Assembly (NCBI RefSeq): GCF_963921235.1
Contig: NC_086097.1
Span: forward strand, 135,410,001 to 135,474,000
Direction: 5' to 3'
From: Mobula hypostoma
Taxonomy: Eukaryota
DNA: 64,000 nucleotides
The notes beneath the pieces were generated by a model, which worked only from the letters and a program-made list of their open reading frames with translations, did no database searches and was not told where the DNA came from. The translations under genes were made by a program, and so were the position numbers. Position 1 is the stretch's first letter. Every line of letters starts with the position of its first letter. This document shows, in pieces, positions 1-11,253 of this stretch.

Positions 1-591
1 CACGCAGTCCTCTTTTATTGTCATTTAGTAATGCATGCATTAAGAAATGATACAATATTCCTCTGGTGTGATATCACAAAAACACAGGACAGACCAAGAC
101 TGAAAAACTAACAAAACCACATAATTATAACATATAGTTATAATGGTGCAACAATACCATAACTTGAAGAACAGACCACGGCACAGTAAAAAAAGTACAA
201 AGTTTCTCGAAAGTCCTACATCTCACGCAGGTGGGAGAAGGAAGAAAACTCTCCCTGCCATGCCCGACCACAGTCCGACAATGAGTCGTCCGAAAACTTC
301 GAGCTCTGATCAGCCCTCCGACACCGAGTACCGAGCACCATCTCTATCCGAATGTTTCGACCTCAGCCTTGGTCGCCAGCAGCAGGCAAAGCTGGGGATT
401 TTGGGGCCTTCCCTCCGGAGATTCTCGATCGCACAGTAACAACAGCAGCGAACCAGGTATTTCAGAAATTTCTCCAGATGTTCCTCTGCTTCTCACGTCT
501 GTTTTCATCAAATCAGAATTGTCCACGGCCCCTATTTAACAGATACGATATCATTTCACCGGAGAGCTGCGCGATGCCATCTTCTCCTCCC
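1..591 (-). mobile_element. Young non-coding, non-autonomous retroelement (SINE-like) with a Rex1/Babar-type 3' tail; tail runs to the window edge
   Basis: The minus strand begins GGAGAAGATGGC and ends ...AAATGACAATAAAAG, like the Rex-type tail at 61724-61735. CpG-rich with no credible ORF. Family assignment is by resemblance only. Confidence 0.5.
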
Positions 592-963
592 GATGTACCA
601 GGTTTCAGATTTGGAGCTCCTCAAAAATAAAGACGTCTCAGATAATACATTATCCATTAATTGTACAGCATTACATTAGTGATATCCTAGACTGGATTTC
701 ATGTGTCTGGGATGGGACACTTAAGTCGCAACTTCCTTGGGGTATTAATTGAGCCCTGGTAATAGATAAGCGTAATCTAAGTTGAATGGCATGTCTGAAG
801 TAACTAACCTCGGCCTGAACAGAAATTAAAGAACCTCTGCTGGCCTACAATAAAATTAGTCATGATGCAAATAACTTTTGTTGGGGAATATACACTTAAG
901 ATGTATTAGTATGTAGTGGGAAATAACATGCTGTTAAAGTTTTCCTGATCAATACCATTACAG

Positions 964-990
964 ATTGTTGCATTACTCATTGGAATGCCT
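964..990 (+). CDS. DERL1: Derlin-1-like internal micro-exon (27 nt, IVALLIGMP), equivalent to DERL1 exon 4
   Basis: TTACAG|ATTGTT...ATGCCT|GTAAGT. Phase 0/0, hydrophobic, and in frame with the next exon. Size matches the 27-nt DERL1 exon 4 as recalled. Confidence 0.75.
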
Positions 991-1719
991 GTAAGTATTT
1001 TTGGAGGGTTAGGGTGCAGTGTGCTTCAGAACAGAATCATTTCTATCTTTGTGTTAATAGAAAACCTGGCTGTTCAGGATATTTTCTGTTATTGCACAAG
1101 TAGTGAAGAGTAAGAGGTAGTGCTGGAAGGGAAGAGAGAAAGTGGAGATGGTAATGATTCACTTTTGTACCCAATACCAGCCAGAGTTAATTAAAGCACA
1201 AAATGAACAAATAGTTGATTTCTGTTAGTAAGGAAGAAGTTTTGTTTTAGGATACTTGGCATGAGATGAGCCCTCTTTTCAATTTCACTATAGTTGGTAA
1301 AGCCTTCATTGATGGTAGTTTCAAATCCTTGACACCTTTCCTAACTCTGCATCTCTTGCTGTCCATGAAAATTTGCTCAGTTCTCTAGTAGCCCAGCTGT
1401 CTTGTGCTTTTCCAATTTCCTTCCTTAGAACAGTACAATGCTGGAACGAGCCCTATTGTGCTGAACTAATTAAAATAGTAATCAAATGGCCAACTAGCCT
1501 AATCCCTTCTTCTAACACAATGTCCATATCCTATCTGCGCCATTGTGCCGGCTACCATGCTCCTTCCTGGTTGCGACATCTACCTTCCTCTCAATCCCTT
1601 TACTTTCTGACCTGGTGCTCTGGTTCCTATCTCACCCCCCCCCTCCCTTGACCACCCCCCCCCCCAATCGAACTAGTTTAAACACTCCCAAGTGGTACAA
1701 GCCAACCTCCTAGCCAGGA

Positions 1720-1945
1720 AACATACATCAAAGTTGCTGGTGAACGCAGCAGGCCAAGCAGCATCTATAGGAAGAGGCGCAGTCGACGTTTCAGGCCGAG
1801 ACCCTTCGTCAGGACTGACGAAGGGTCTCGGCCTGAAACGTCGACTGCGCCTCTTCCTATAGATGCTGCTTGGCCTGCTGCGTTCACCAGCAACTTTGAT
1901 GTATGTTGCTTGAATTTCCAGCATCTGCAGAATTCCTGTTGTTTG
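1720..1945. mobile_element. Non-autonomous Penelope-like element: inverted pseudo-LTR pair forming a perfect hairpin, plus a 38-nt tail
   Basis: Arms 1720-1812 and 1815-1907 are exact reverse complements. TSD CCTCCTAGCCAGGA at 1706-1719 and 1946-1959. The same sequence follows PLE ORF ends at about 5940 and 44250. Confidence 0.9.
1780..1817 (-). ncRNA. Minimal type I hammerhead ribozyme (intact core)
   Basis: CAGUC-CUGACGA-AGGGUCUCGGCCU-GAAA-C-GUC-GACUG. Stem I CAGUC/GACUG, CUGANGA and GAAA boxes, GUC cleavage triplet, and a palindromic ACGU in place of stem III. Confidence 0.8.
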
Positions 1946-2369
1946 CCTCCTAGCCAGGATATCATTTCCCCTCCAGTTAAAGTCCCACCTGTTGCTTTTG
2001 TCCAAGTCACCCCTATCCCAGAAGAGATTCCGATGATCTTAAAAACCTGAAACTGCCCCCTGCACCTATTCCTCAGCCACTTGTACAACTGTTCTATCTC
2101 TCCATTCCTGTTCTGATTAGCATGTGGCACTAACAGTAATCCAGAGACTGTGACATTTGAGATCCTGCGATCCTGCCTCGTTCCTAATTTTCTGTATTCA
2201 CTGGGCAGGACCTCTACCCCTTTTCTACCTATGTCATTGTGTCAATGTGCACTGTGACCTTTGGCTGCTCACGCTTCCCCATAAGAATGTTCTGCAGTCA
2301 CTCTGAGAAATGCTGAACCCTGGCACCTGGGAGGTAACACACTGTTTTCTTTGTGTGAAGTCAAGAAAC

Positions 2370-2855
2370 AGGCTTCAATTACATAGGACAGTGTAGTACA
2401 GGAAAAGTCCCTTTGTCCCATAATATCTGTGCCAAATTAAACTACCCCCTATTCCTTGCATATTCATGTGCTTATATAAAACCCTTTTGAATGTCACCAA
2501 CATGTCTGCTTCCCCCAGAACCCCTAGTAGCCTGTTCCAAAATAAACTCCCCCCCCCACCCCCACCCCCACCCCACCATAAAGCTATGCCCTCTAGTTTT
2601 CAGCATTTCTATCCTGGTGGAAAGATTTTGACTGTTTACCCTATCCATTTTTTTTAAAACCTCTAACAGGTCTCCCTTGTCTCTTGACATTCCAGAGAAA
2701 ACAACCCAAGTTTGTCCAAACCCCTCCTCATAGTTAGTATCATCTAATCCTTACAATATCCCAGTAGACTGGTGCTGAACCTCTTCAAAACATGCACATC
2801 CCTCCTGTGATGGAGCATCTCGAACTATACACAATACTCTAAGTGCAACCTAATC
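2370..2855 (-). mobile_element. CR1 LINE 3' fragment
   Basis: Reverse complement matches the CR1 ORF2 C-terminal region (RL..LGLFSLE...RGDL.EV.K). Confidence 0.65.
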
Positions 2856-3257
2856 GAAGACACATGAGGTACTGCAGATGCTGGTAATCTAGCACATTAC
2901 ACACAATGCGCTGATGAAGGGTCTAGTTTTATATGGGATTATGAACCATAAGTAATGATGTATTAATATCCTTCAAACTATGCAGTGTGAGGCTGTGAAT
3001 ATATCACAGACTGCTAGATGCTGATAAGTTGTGACCATGCAGTCTTAGCTGCTTCAACCCCACCTCTTTCCCCCACCCAGAAGTTGCTTGACCTGCTGAG
3101 GTTCTCCGGCAGATTTTGTTCCTCGTTGTGGTGATGTTGACAATGGTATTTGAACACAATCAAAGAAGATTGTAGACAGGCACTAGGATCACTTCACTTT
3201 ATTTTTAAGGCAGATAACTACCAGTTTCATAATGTGATAATTCTTCCCTTTTGACAG

Positions 3258-3353
3258 ATACTGTTTATCCCACTAATTCTGACGATGGTTTATGTATGGG
3301 CACAACTGAACAAAGACCAGATTGTGACATTTTGGTTCGGGATGACATTTAAG
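3258..3353 (+). CDS. DERL1: Derlin-1-like exon (96 nt): ILFIPLILTMVYVWAQLNKDQIVTFWFGMTFK
   Basis: Pyrimidine tract plus GACAG acceptor and AAG|GTAGGA donor. Carries the Derlin-1 motif YVWAQLN..IV.FWFG..FK. Confidence 0.92.
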
Positions 3354-4140
3354 GTAGGAATATTTCTAGCTGCTGCTGTTGACCTACTCATTGAAGCTAA
3401 ACTGGTTGTTCTATGTTTCCAACTTCTCTTGGGGAAACATACAGTTGACCTAATGCAGACCAAAAATGTTCCTGGATCCATCCTCTGGTCTGTGCATCAG
3501 TGGTTGATTCAACCAGAGCAGCAGTACGGTGCAATAGTCAGCCTTTAGATAAAGTACCTCTTTGGACTTTCCAAGGGTCTACTTTGTTCATTCATGTTGA
3601 CATTTGCAAGGTATGCAAATGTAAAGATCTAAAGAGCAATATCCCACAAAGCCCAGTGAGAGAAAGGTTTGGGAGTTGTTAGTGATCTTTGCTGAGGGAT
3701 ATTTATTGACATGGTAGCAGGTTTGAAAACCCTGCTGTAAAGTCAGAACTCCCCTGTTGCTGTGTTGAGTCTTGGACTAGTTTGAGCAGTCATGTCTTGT
3801 TGGAGTTGGAGCTCCAGTTCCTGATCCACTTCACCAGGCAGCAGATTGAATGTTGAACATTACCAGTTCCTCTGTTTAGTTTTTCTATTGATCCTTTACA
3901 GAAATGTAGTACTGTACTCATTCTACATTCTCCCCAGGGATTTTGTACAACCTAGGTACTTTTGGGGAGGGTGGACATAGTGCTGCACTTTCGAGTAATT
4001 TTGTACTATACAATCTTTGCCACGGAGTCCTGGTCCCCACTCTCCACCTTTTCAATAATGGATGTAAGATGGTGGGGCGAGGGCGAGGAGGAGATCACCT
4101 ATTATCAGTTTATGCACATTTTAAATTTTCTTTTACACAG

Positions 4141-4193
4141 GCTTGTTATCTACCATGGGCTCTGCTAATATTCAATTTTATACTGAGAAATGC
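4141..4193 (+). CDS. DERL1: Derlin-1-like exon (53 nt): ACYLPWALLIFNFILRN(A)
   Basis: TTTTCTTTTACACAG acceptor and GC|GTAAGT donor. Derlin ACYLPW motif. Confidence 0.92.
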
Positions 4194-4454
4194 GTAAGTA
4201 TGCAGATTATATATGCTCTATCTGGTATATAACATTGGGAGTTTGAATGTAGACCAGGAACAGTGGGATCTGAGATTGGGGTACGGTGTGACCAAAAGGG
4301 AGCCAATAGCAGAGCTGTGGGATGTGCTACAAGCCAGACTATACAACAGGCAAGGGGAAAACTGAACCAAAATAATGTCCTATTTCTGTCATTATTTTCC
4401 CCCAAATCAAACACATATCCTCCCTCACCTTCTCCCTTACTGAAATCTAATTCG

Positions 4455-6042
4455 ACCCTACTGAATCTGACCAGTTCCCTCCACACCACCCTCCTCCATC
4501 TGGCAGGACTGGGCCTCACCTTCAATAATTTCTCCTTTGGCTCCTCCTATTTTCTCCAAACTCAAGGGATAGCATGCGCCCCAACTATGCCTGCCTTTTC
4601 ATTGGCTACAGTCCATGTTCCAAGCATTCCTTGCTAATGCTCCCCAACTCTTACTGCACTAGTGATGACTGCATTGGTGCTGCTTCATGCACCCATGCTG
4701 AGCTCATCAATTTCATTAACTTTGCCTCCAACTTCTCTCCTCCACTTAAGTTCACTTGGTCCATTTCTGACATCTCTCTCCCGTCTCAATCCTTCTGTCT
4801 TTATCTCTGGAGACAAACTGATTTTTAAAAATATAAACCTAGCGATTCCCACGGTCATCTTGAATATCTCTTTCCATACCATCTCCGGTAAAAATTGCTA
4901 TTCCCTTTTCTAAGTTTCTCCTTCTCCACTGCATCTTTTCTCAGGATGAGGCTTTCCTTTCCAGGACATCAGAAATGTCCTCCTTCAAAGAACAGGGTTT
5001 CCCTTCCTCCACTATTGATGTTACCCTCACCCCGGATATCCACTGTCACTGCATCTTACCTTAACATGGATCGAGTTCATCGTCTTCACCTACCATGAGC
5101 CTCTGCATCCAGCACATTATTCTCTGCAACATCCGCCATCTTCAACGGGATCCTCCCACCAAAGACATCTTTATCTCCGCTTTCCACATGGATCATTCCC
5201 TCAGCCATTTGTCCATCTCCATCGATCACCCTCCTGGCACATTTCCCTGCAAGCAAGAGAAATGCTACACCTTCCCATTCATTACCTCGCTCGCCTCCAT
5301 TCAGGGCTCCAAACAGTCCTTCCAGATGAGGCAACACTTCACCTGAGAATCTGTTGGGGTCATTTATTGTATCCGGTGTTCCTGATGCAGCTTCCTCTGC
5401 AATTGGTGAGACCATTGGTGTAAATTGATGGACCGCTTTGTCGAACATCTGAGTTCCATCCACAAAGGGTGGAATTTCTCGAGGGCCAGCCATTTTTATT
5501 CCCATTCCTGTTCCAACATGTTGGTCCATGGCTTCCTCTTTTGCCACAATGAGGCCACACCTCCTATTCTGTCCAGGTAACCTCCAACCTGATGGCCTGA
5601 ATATCAATTTCTCCTTCCTTTGGTAATTCTCTCCACTCCCTTCTTGCAGGCTCAAAGGGCCGAATGGTCTACTTCTGCACCTAATGACTATTCCCCACTT
5701 TGGCCTCGTCTCTTTTCCTCGGCTGCCTTTCACCCCTTCTCCTTTCCTTTCTCCATGGTCCACTCTCCTCTCCTATCTGATTCCTTCTTCCCAGTCCTTT
5801 GCCTTTTCCACCTATCATCTCCCAGTTTATTTCATCCCCTCTCCACTACCCACCTGGCTTCAACTATAATCTTCTAGCTTGTCCTCCTTCCCTTCTCCCT
5901 CCCCTTCTTATTCTGGCATCTTCACTCTTCCTTTTCAATCCTTGATGATGGGTCTCAGCCCAAAACCTTGACTGTTTATTCATTTCAATAGAAGCTGCCT
6001 GACCTGCTGAGTTCCTCCAGCATTTTGTGTGTGTTGCTCTGA
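4455..6042 (+). mobile_element. Degenerate Penelope-like retroelement (RT plus GIY-YIG endonuclease, Neptune-like) ending in a pseudo-LTR
   Basis: Frameshifted motifs NNFSFGSSYFLQTQGIA, PNYACLFIGY, DDCIGAAS...LKFTWSISD, FPCKQEKCYT, GVIYCIRC...IGET and LQPDGLNINFS. A pyrimidine tract and a decayed hammerhead (about 5938-5973) follow. Confidence 0.85.
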
Positions 6043-6563
6043 AATCTAACTTATTCTTTCCCAGTTGTGATGAAGGGCTATGGAGCTGGAAGGTTGACAA
6101 ATGTTGTCTAACCTGAGTTTTGTTGCCAACATTTATTCTTAAAAGAAGACGCAAGTCGGCAATAATTTGACTTTCTTTTCCTTTAGCTAAAATATTTGGT
6201 TTTGAGGGCATTTGGGTACAAGGTGCCCAACCATTAGGTTTTTACATCATAGTAGATTTCACTCTGTCTGATCTTTGTATCCATAGCACATAGCAACTTC
6301 AAGAAAACCTGGGAGGGTGCACCCCATGTGGAGAGTTCACAATCCTGTACCACTATAGGAACTTTGTTAGAGGCAAGGAGTGCACCAATGATGTTTCCTT
6401 TTTTCTCTATTCTTCCCTGCCACAGAGGTCACTACTGAAAATCTCAAGGCTGTTAACTGTAACTCAATGGTACTGGGAGTGGGTAAAGAATGCTGGTAGT
6501 CTTTCATTAACCAAAACATTTTAAAACTGCTTTTGAATTTTAATTTTTGTGTAACCCCAACAG

Positions 6564-6674
6564 GATAATGGATGAGCTGGTTGGTATCTTTGTTGGCCAC
6601 ATGTATTATGTTCTTATGTTTAAATACCCTCAAGAATATGGAGGAAGAACATTTCTTAATACACCACAATTTCT
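6564..6674 (+). CDS. DERL1: Derlin-1-like exon (111 nt): IMDELVGIFVGHMYYVLMFKYPQEYGGRTFLNTPQF(L)
   Basis: CAACAG acceptor and CT|GTAAGT donor. GxxxGH TM6 motif of rhomboid-like Derlins, then YP...GGR.FL.TPQFL. Phase fits the neighbouring exons. Confidence 0.92.
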
Positions 6675-6766
6675 GTAAGTAATAATAGTTGATACTGTCA
6701 TTTTAGTTGCATAGATCCAGAAATTTTATGATAACATTACTTTTTCCTTTCATCTTCCCACTTCAG

Positions 6767-6911
6767 GGTCCGATGGTTTCCACCAAGGAGAGGTGGTGTA
6801 TCTGGTTTTGGAGTCCGGCCAGATAGTAGAAGACCACAAGCTGAAGATCAGGGAGCTCGATGGGGGAGAGGATATTTCTGGGGCCAAGGTCAAAGGCTAG
6901 GAGACAACTGA
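6767..6911 (+). CDS. DERL1: Derlin-1-like terminal coding exon: VRWFPPRRGGVSGFGVRPDSRRPQAEDQGARWGRGYFWGQGQRLGDN*
   Basis: Strong pyrimidine tract plus CAG at 6764-6766. RRGGVSGFGV motif and C-terminal p97-binding SHP box (WGQGQRLG). TGA at 6909-6911. Confidence 0.93.
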
Positions 6912-7062
6912 ACTTTAAAAAAAAAATGCAGCCCCCAGCAGTAGCATTTGAATCACTTTCTGTACAGTGTGTTGCCTGACAGTATCTTGTATTCTGAAGT
7001 TAAATCTGAAGGATTAGAAATGACAAGGGATACCTGTATAAGTACAGCTTCTTTGAGTAAAA

Positions 7063-7068
7063 AATAAA
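7063..7068 (+). terminator. Candidate proximal poly(A) signal of the Derlin gene
   Basis: AATAAA about 150 nt after the stop codon. Confidence 0.35.
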
Positions 7069-8459
7069 ATATTAATATAGAACAGTATAAATGTATACTT
7101 GCAGTTTGTAGCTGCCAGGAATCTAATTATTCTTCCAACCTTCTTTCCTACACTATTCCACAAATTGACAGGACATTAATAATTGCAAAAATTGTGCCCT
7201 TTGCTAGGTAGACCCTATATGAACCAGGTTGGTGGCACAGGCAGGCGGCAGGGGACTTGTCAAAGAGGATGAATCGGCAACAGGCATTTTGTTCTTGTGC
7301 TGATGGGAGAGTGAAAGAATGTTGCTTTCTCTTGTAGAAATTTCGATTAAATGGTTCCTCGTGTTTCTGTTCAGCACAGATGGAACACTGAAGTCTTCCA
7401 GCTGAGAAAATCTGTTAATTTTGTGTATGCAGTGTTCTTTTGTGCATTTCTTCAGTACTTTAAAATGGATGTCAGAATTATCATCAAACTGTCTATTCTT
7501 GTATTTGAGAACCAAAATAGTTTGGTTGATCCTTCATCAGTCAGAATCCACTTCCTTGAGAGCAAGGCAGGAAAACAGCAACTCAAAGTGATCCTGGTTT
7601 GCTGTTCTTGATCAGGCCTATTGCTCATTTTAATTGGTTGCTGAATGGAATCAACTGAGGAAACAGTCGTGAAATTAGCTTGTTTATCCTTGGCCCTGTA
7701 CTTGATATTGTGGTGAGGTAATGCACGTTTACCTCAGGTGATATCACAAATCAACCTCAGTGTGGATGTTTGTTACTTGGCACCATGGTTTAAATTTCTA
7801 TTTGATTTGAAGGTAGTGATGGCTCCTTGTATTTTGTCACCAAAAGTGCCAAAATTTCACATCAAAGTTTGCATAGGCTATTATAAATGTGAGGAAAAAG
7901 CTGAAGGTGTCGAATGGAATAGCACGAGGCCAGAGATTTCTGAGAACCACCATTTATTTGCATTGTGCATGAGAGATTGAGTATTTCAACGGTGTTGCAA
8001 TTGAATTTAATACCACCTTTGGTTGAAAAGAACAAAATTGTTAAAGTCCTTCTGATCCTTAATCCACTTATAAATTAGCAGTTGTGAACCAGAAGGCTTT
8101 CTACCAGCAGGACATGGAAACGTGATTAAATATTGTCTTGCTATGTCACAGCTCGTGCAGGAAATCTCCAACCCACAGTCACTTGGGGCTAAGCTGGGTG
8201 TGAGTGTGGGGTTAGTGAATTAAACACTGAAAATAATTTAATTTGAAAAGCCTAGAATTATTTTATCTACATTTATACTTCAAATACATTTTGTAATCCT
8301 AGCTGAGGAAAAGTTATGCTCCCAGAATATTTAAGATGAGGCAACTTTTTTTATTTTAGTTTTATTTAGCTTTTCTATTACATGTGGAAAAATTAATCTT
8401 GATTCAGTATGAATTGGGCTTTGTGCTAGTCTGTTTCATTAAGAGTGAATGTAAACATG

Positions 8460-8544
8460 AATAAAATATATTGGTGGATCTCTCACATGATGTATTGATC
8501 CCTTGAGCTCTTTTGTACAAAAGATTTATGCTTTTGTAATTAAA
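8460..8544 (+). terminator. Candidate distal poly(A) signals of the Derlin gene (AATAAA 8460-8465, ATTAAA 8539-8544)
   Basis: Near the end of a repeat-free, AU-rich 1.6-kb stretch after the stop codon. Confidence 0.4.
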
Positions 8545-9049
8545 GTACAAACTGACAATTCTACATTGAATAGAAACCTTTCATCTGTCTTGATCTTTTA
8601 AAGAGATTAGACAATATCCTATGGTACAGTACTAAGAGCACTCCTGGAGCTTATGAAGTCCAACACATTAAAAATGAGTACTAATGAATGAAAGGAGAGG
8701 CAGATCCAAGTTTCCAAGATTTCTGCATTTTCATTCTTACCCTTAAATTTTTTGGTATGCTGTCTTCGGGCCTGAAATATTAATTATCAACAAACAATTG
8801 AACTCAACAGACAGCCTTGTCCCTTTTATTGAAGTACAGCCAATCTATCTTTCCGTTTCCAATTTAAAATGGTTACAGGCTATGAAAAGTTTTTGGATGT
8901 AGATGGATGAAATAAAAGGCATGTGTCACTGAGACAATAGTGCCCACTTCACTGTTGGTTACTCTCAGTCCTGCTTTCTTGTACTTATACAAGTCCAATC
9001 ACTGCAATCTATAATTTATTGTTTGAAACAAATTTTAAAAAGTCAAAAC

Positions 9050-9200
9050 TGCAGGCAAGACAGCAGCGTTGGTTACCTGGGGGCATTGAAGTTCAGAGTT
9101 CAATTCTGGCACTACCTTGTAAGCAGGCTCCCCATGGAATGTGTGGAGTTTCCCTGGGTTCTCCCACAGTCCAAAGATACATCGGGTAAGTTACCTGGTC
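9050..9200 (+). mobile_element. V-type SINE 5' part; the 3' part appears to resume at about 10650-10750
   Basis: B-box-like GAGTTCAATTC and central CTCCCACAGTCCAAAGA, shared with copies at 22880, 33510 and 62465. Confidence 0.55.
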
Positions 9201-9269
9201 ACAACTGGTGTTGGTCTATTATGTTAGATGATCCAGAGGCTCTAAAAATCCTCTGGTCTGGTGTCTTAC

Positions 9270-10335
9270 TGATGTTATAGAATGGATGAGGTCAAATTTC
9301 CTAAACTAAATAAGGAAAAAACATCATGGTTATTGGTAGCAATAAAAAAAAGTGTGCATCTTAAAAATAAACTTGATCATCTGCCCTTACAAATCAAGCC
9401 AGAAGTGAAAAATTTGGGTGTTACTGATTTTGAGGTAAATTTCAAATCATTAGCTATATTACTAAGACTGCGCTCTTTCATTTAAGGAAGAATTCAGGAG
9501 TTCATTGTCTTATAACATCTCAAGATGCAGAAAAATTGATGAATGCTTGTGTTTTTAGTGGATTAGATTATGGTAATGGACTCAGCTGAAGACTGCCTAA
9601 GAAAGGTATAAATCAGCTGCAGCTTGTTCAAAATGCAGCAGCAAGAATCTTCACCAAAATAAAAAAAATGTGAGCACATTACACTGGTTGCCTGTGTCCT
9701 TTAGGATCAATTTTAAAACACTCTTTAAATGTATACAAGGCTCTGAATAATTGGGGTAACATGAGGGGGAACAACTTTACTCAGAGTGGTAGCTGTGTGG
9801 AACGAGCTTCCAGCAGAAGTGGTTGAGGCAGGTTTGATGTTGTCATTTAAAGTTAAATTGGATAGCTATATGGACAGGAAAGGAGTGGAGGGTTATGGGC
9901 TGGGTGCAGATTGGTGGGACTAAGTGAGAGTAAGAGTTTGGCAAGGACTAGAATGCTGAGATGGCCTGTTTCCGTGCTGTAATTGTTATATGGTTAATCT
10001 AGCTCCTCTCTATATTTTGGAGTACTTATTCCCTTGCATCCCTAATCCATGAATATTTGTACGCTTAGTGTTCTTAGAGCCAAGTATACAAGAACTAGTG
10101 ATGTGGCCTTTTGTTCTCATGCATCAAAAATGTGAAAAGCACTTCTGAAGATTTACTTAAAAAAAAAAATTGGCCTACTTAATGCCCATTGATGACATTT
10201 TTATAATTTGCTATATTTGATTACATTTTATTCTATTTGTCTTATTTTTAATTTTCTCATTTTTATTATAGTGATCTATCGATACAGCCTATGCAAAGCA
10301 CTGTGAGCCTGCATCTTAATATACTAAAGGTGCTA
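9270..10335 (+). mobile_element. L2-clade LINE 3' remnant
   Basis: Motifs VKNLGV, DAEKLMNACVFSGLDYGN, LQLVQNAAARI and WLPVSFRINFK. Split by a CR1 tail at about 9755-9995. Confidence 0.8.
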
Positions 10336-10338
10336 TAT

Positions 10339-10645
10339 AAGGGGCCACAGTTTGAGGATAAAGGGGAAGCCTTTTAGGACTGAGATTGGGAAAAACTTCT
10401 TCACACAGAGAGTGGTGAATCTGTGGAATTCTCTGCCACAGGAAACAGTTGAGGCCAGTTCATTGGCTATATTTAAGAGGGAGTTAGATATTGCCCTTGT
10501 GGCTAGGGGGGTCAGGGGGTATGGAGGGAAGGCTGGGGCGGGGTTTTGAGTTGGATGATCAGCTATGATCATAATAAATGGCGGTGCAGGCTCGAAGGGC
10601 CGAATGGCCTACTCCTGCACCTATTTTCTATGTTTCTGTTTCTAT
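10339..10645 (+). mobile_element. Young 5'-truncated CR1 3' end
   Basis: Near-identical to 39367-39668. Ends in a (TTTCTATG)-type tail. Confidence 0.9.
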
Positions 10646-11253
10646 AATTAGTTATTATTGCAAAATTGTGTCATGATTAGGTTAGGTTTAATCAGGGCTG
10701 GTTCGCCTGAAGGGCTTACTCCATGCTGTATTGCTAAAATGAAAATAATAAAACTTTTGTATGGAGCTGATTCTTTAGGGACAAGCTGGTCCCCTATCTT
10801 GTTCAAACATACTGGATAGTGAAATGCCCGGATAGAGTAAAAGTCGAGAGGGTGTTTCAATTTGTAGGAAAGCCTAGGATCCGAGGGTACAGTCTGAGAA
10901 TAAAGGGATGTTGTATTAGTACTGAGATGAGCAATGGTGAATCTGTAGAACTCATTGACAATACAGTAGGTTCTGGTTAATTGGGTTACCTTGGAGAGGG
11001 TGTCCCTTTAAAGCTGAGGTAGTTTCTTCAGCCAGAGGATAGTAAATCTGTGGGAATCATTGCCCCTGAGGGCTTTGGAGGCCAATCATTCTTTTTATTT
11101 AAGGCAGAGACTGAGAGATTGTTAATTGGCAAGAATGTAAATGAATATGAAGAGAAGGTGGGATAATGAGGTTGAGAATCAGTCAGGAATGAATGACAGC
11201 AGACTTGATGGGCCAAAGAGCTTAATTCTGCTCCTTTATCTTATGGTCTATGG

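Larger units (their letters stand above)
1545..2345 (-). mobile_element. Degenerate CR1 LINE ORF1 (esterase region) fragment, interrupted by a PLE insertion
   Basis: Reverse complement resembles the ORF1 region at 35780-36200 (CCAGGTGCCAGGGT...TTTAAACTAG). Confidence 0.65.

Noticed and set aside
1673..2005. ORFs containing VSPDEGSRPETST (also at 44104 and 52748)
   Set aside because: Chance translation of the hammerhead/pLTR repeat, not a protein family.
3285..3548. 87-aa ORF in the track starting MVYVWAQLNK
   Set aside because: Only the first 23 codons are real (Derlin exon); the rest reads through the donor at 3354 into intron.
5086..5763. 225-aa minus-strand ORF
   Set aside because: Antisense to the decayed Penelope ORF and its pyrimidine tract, with no protein motif.
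10962..10986. Possible pogo/Tigger TIR (TACAGTAGGTTCTGGTTAATTGGG)
   Set aside because: Only about 25 bp and no partner TIR found.
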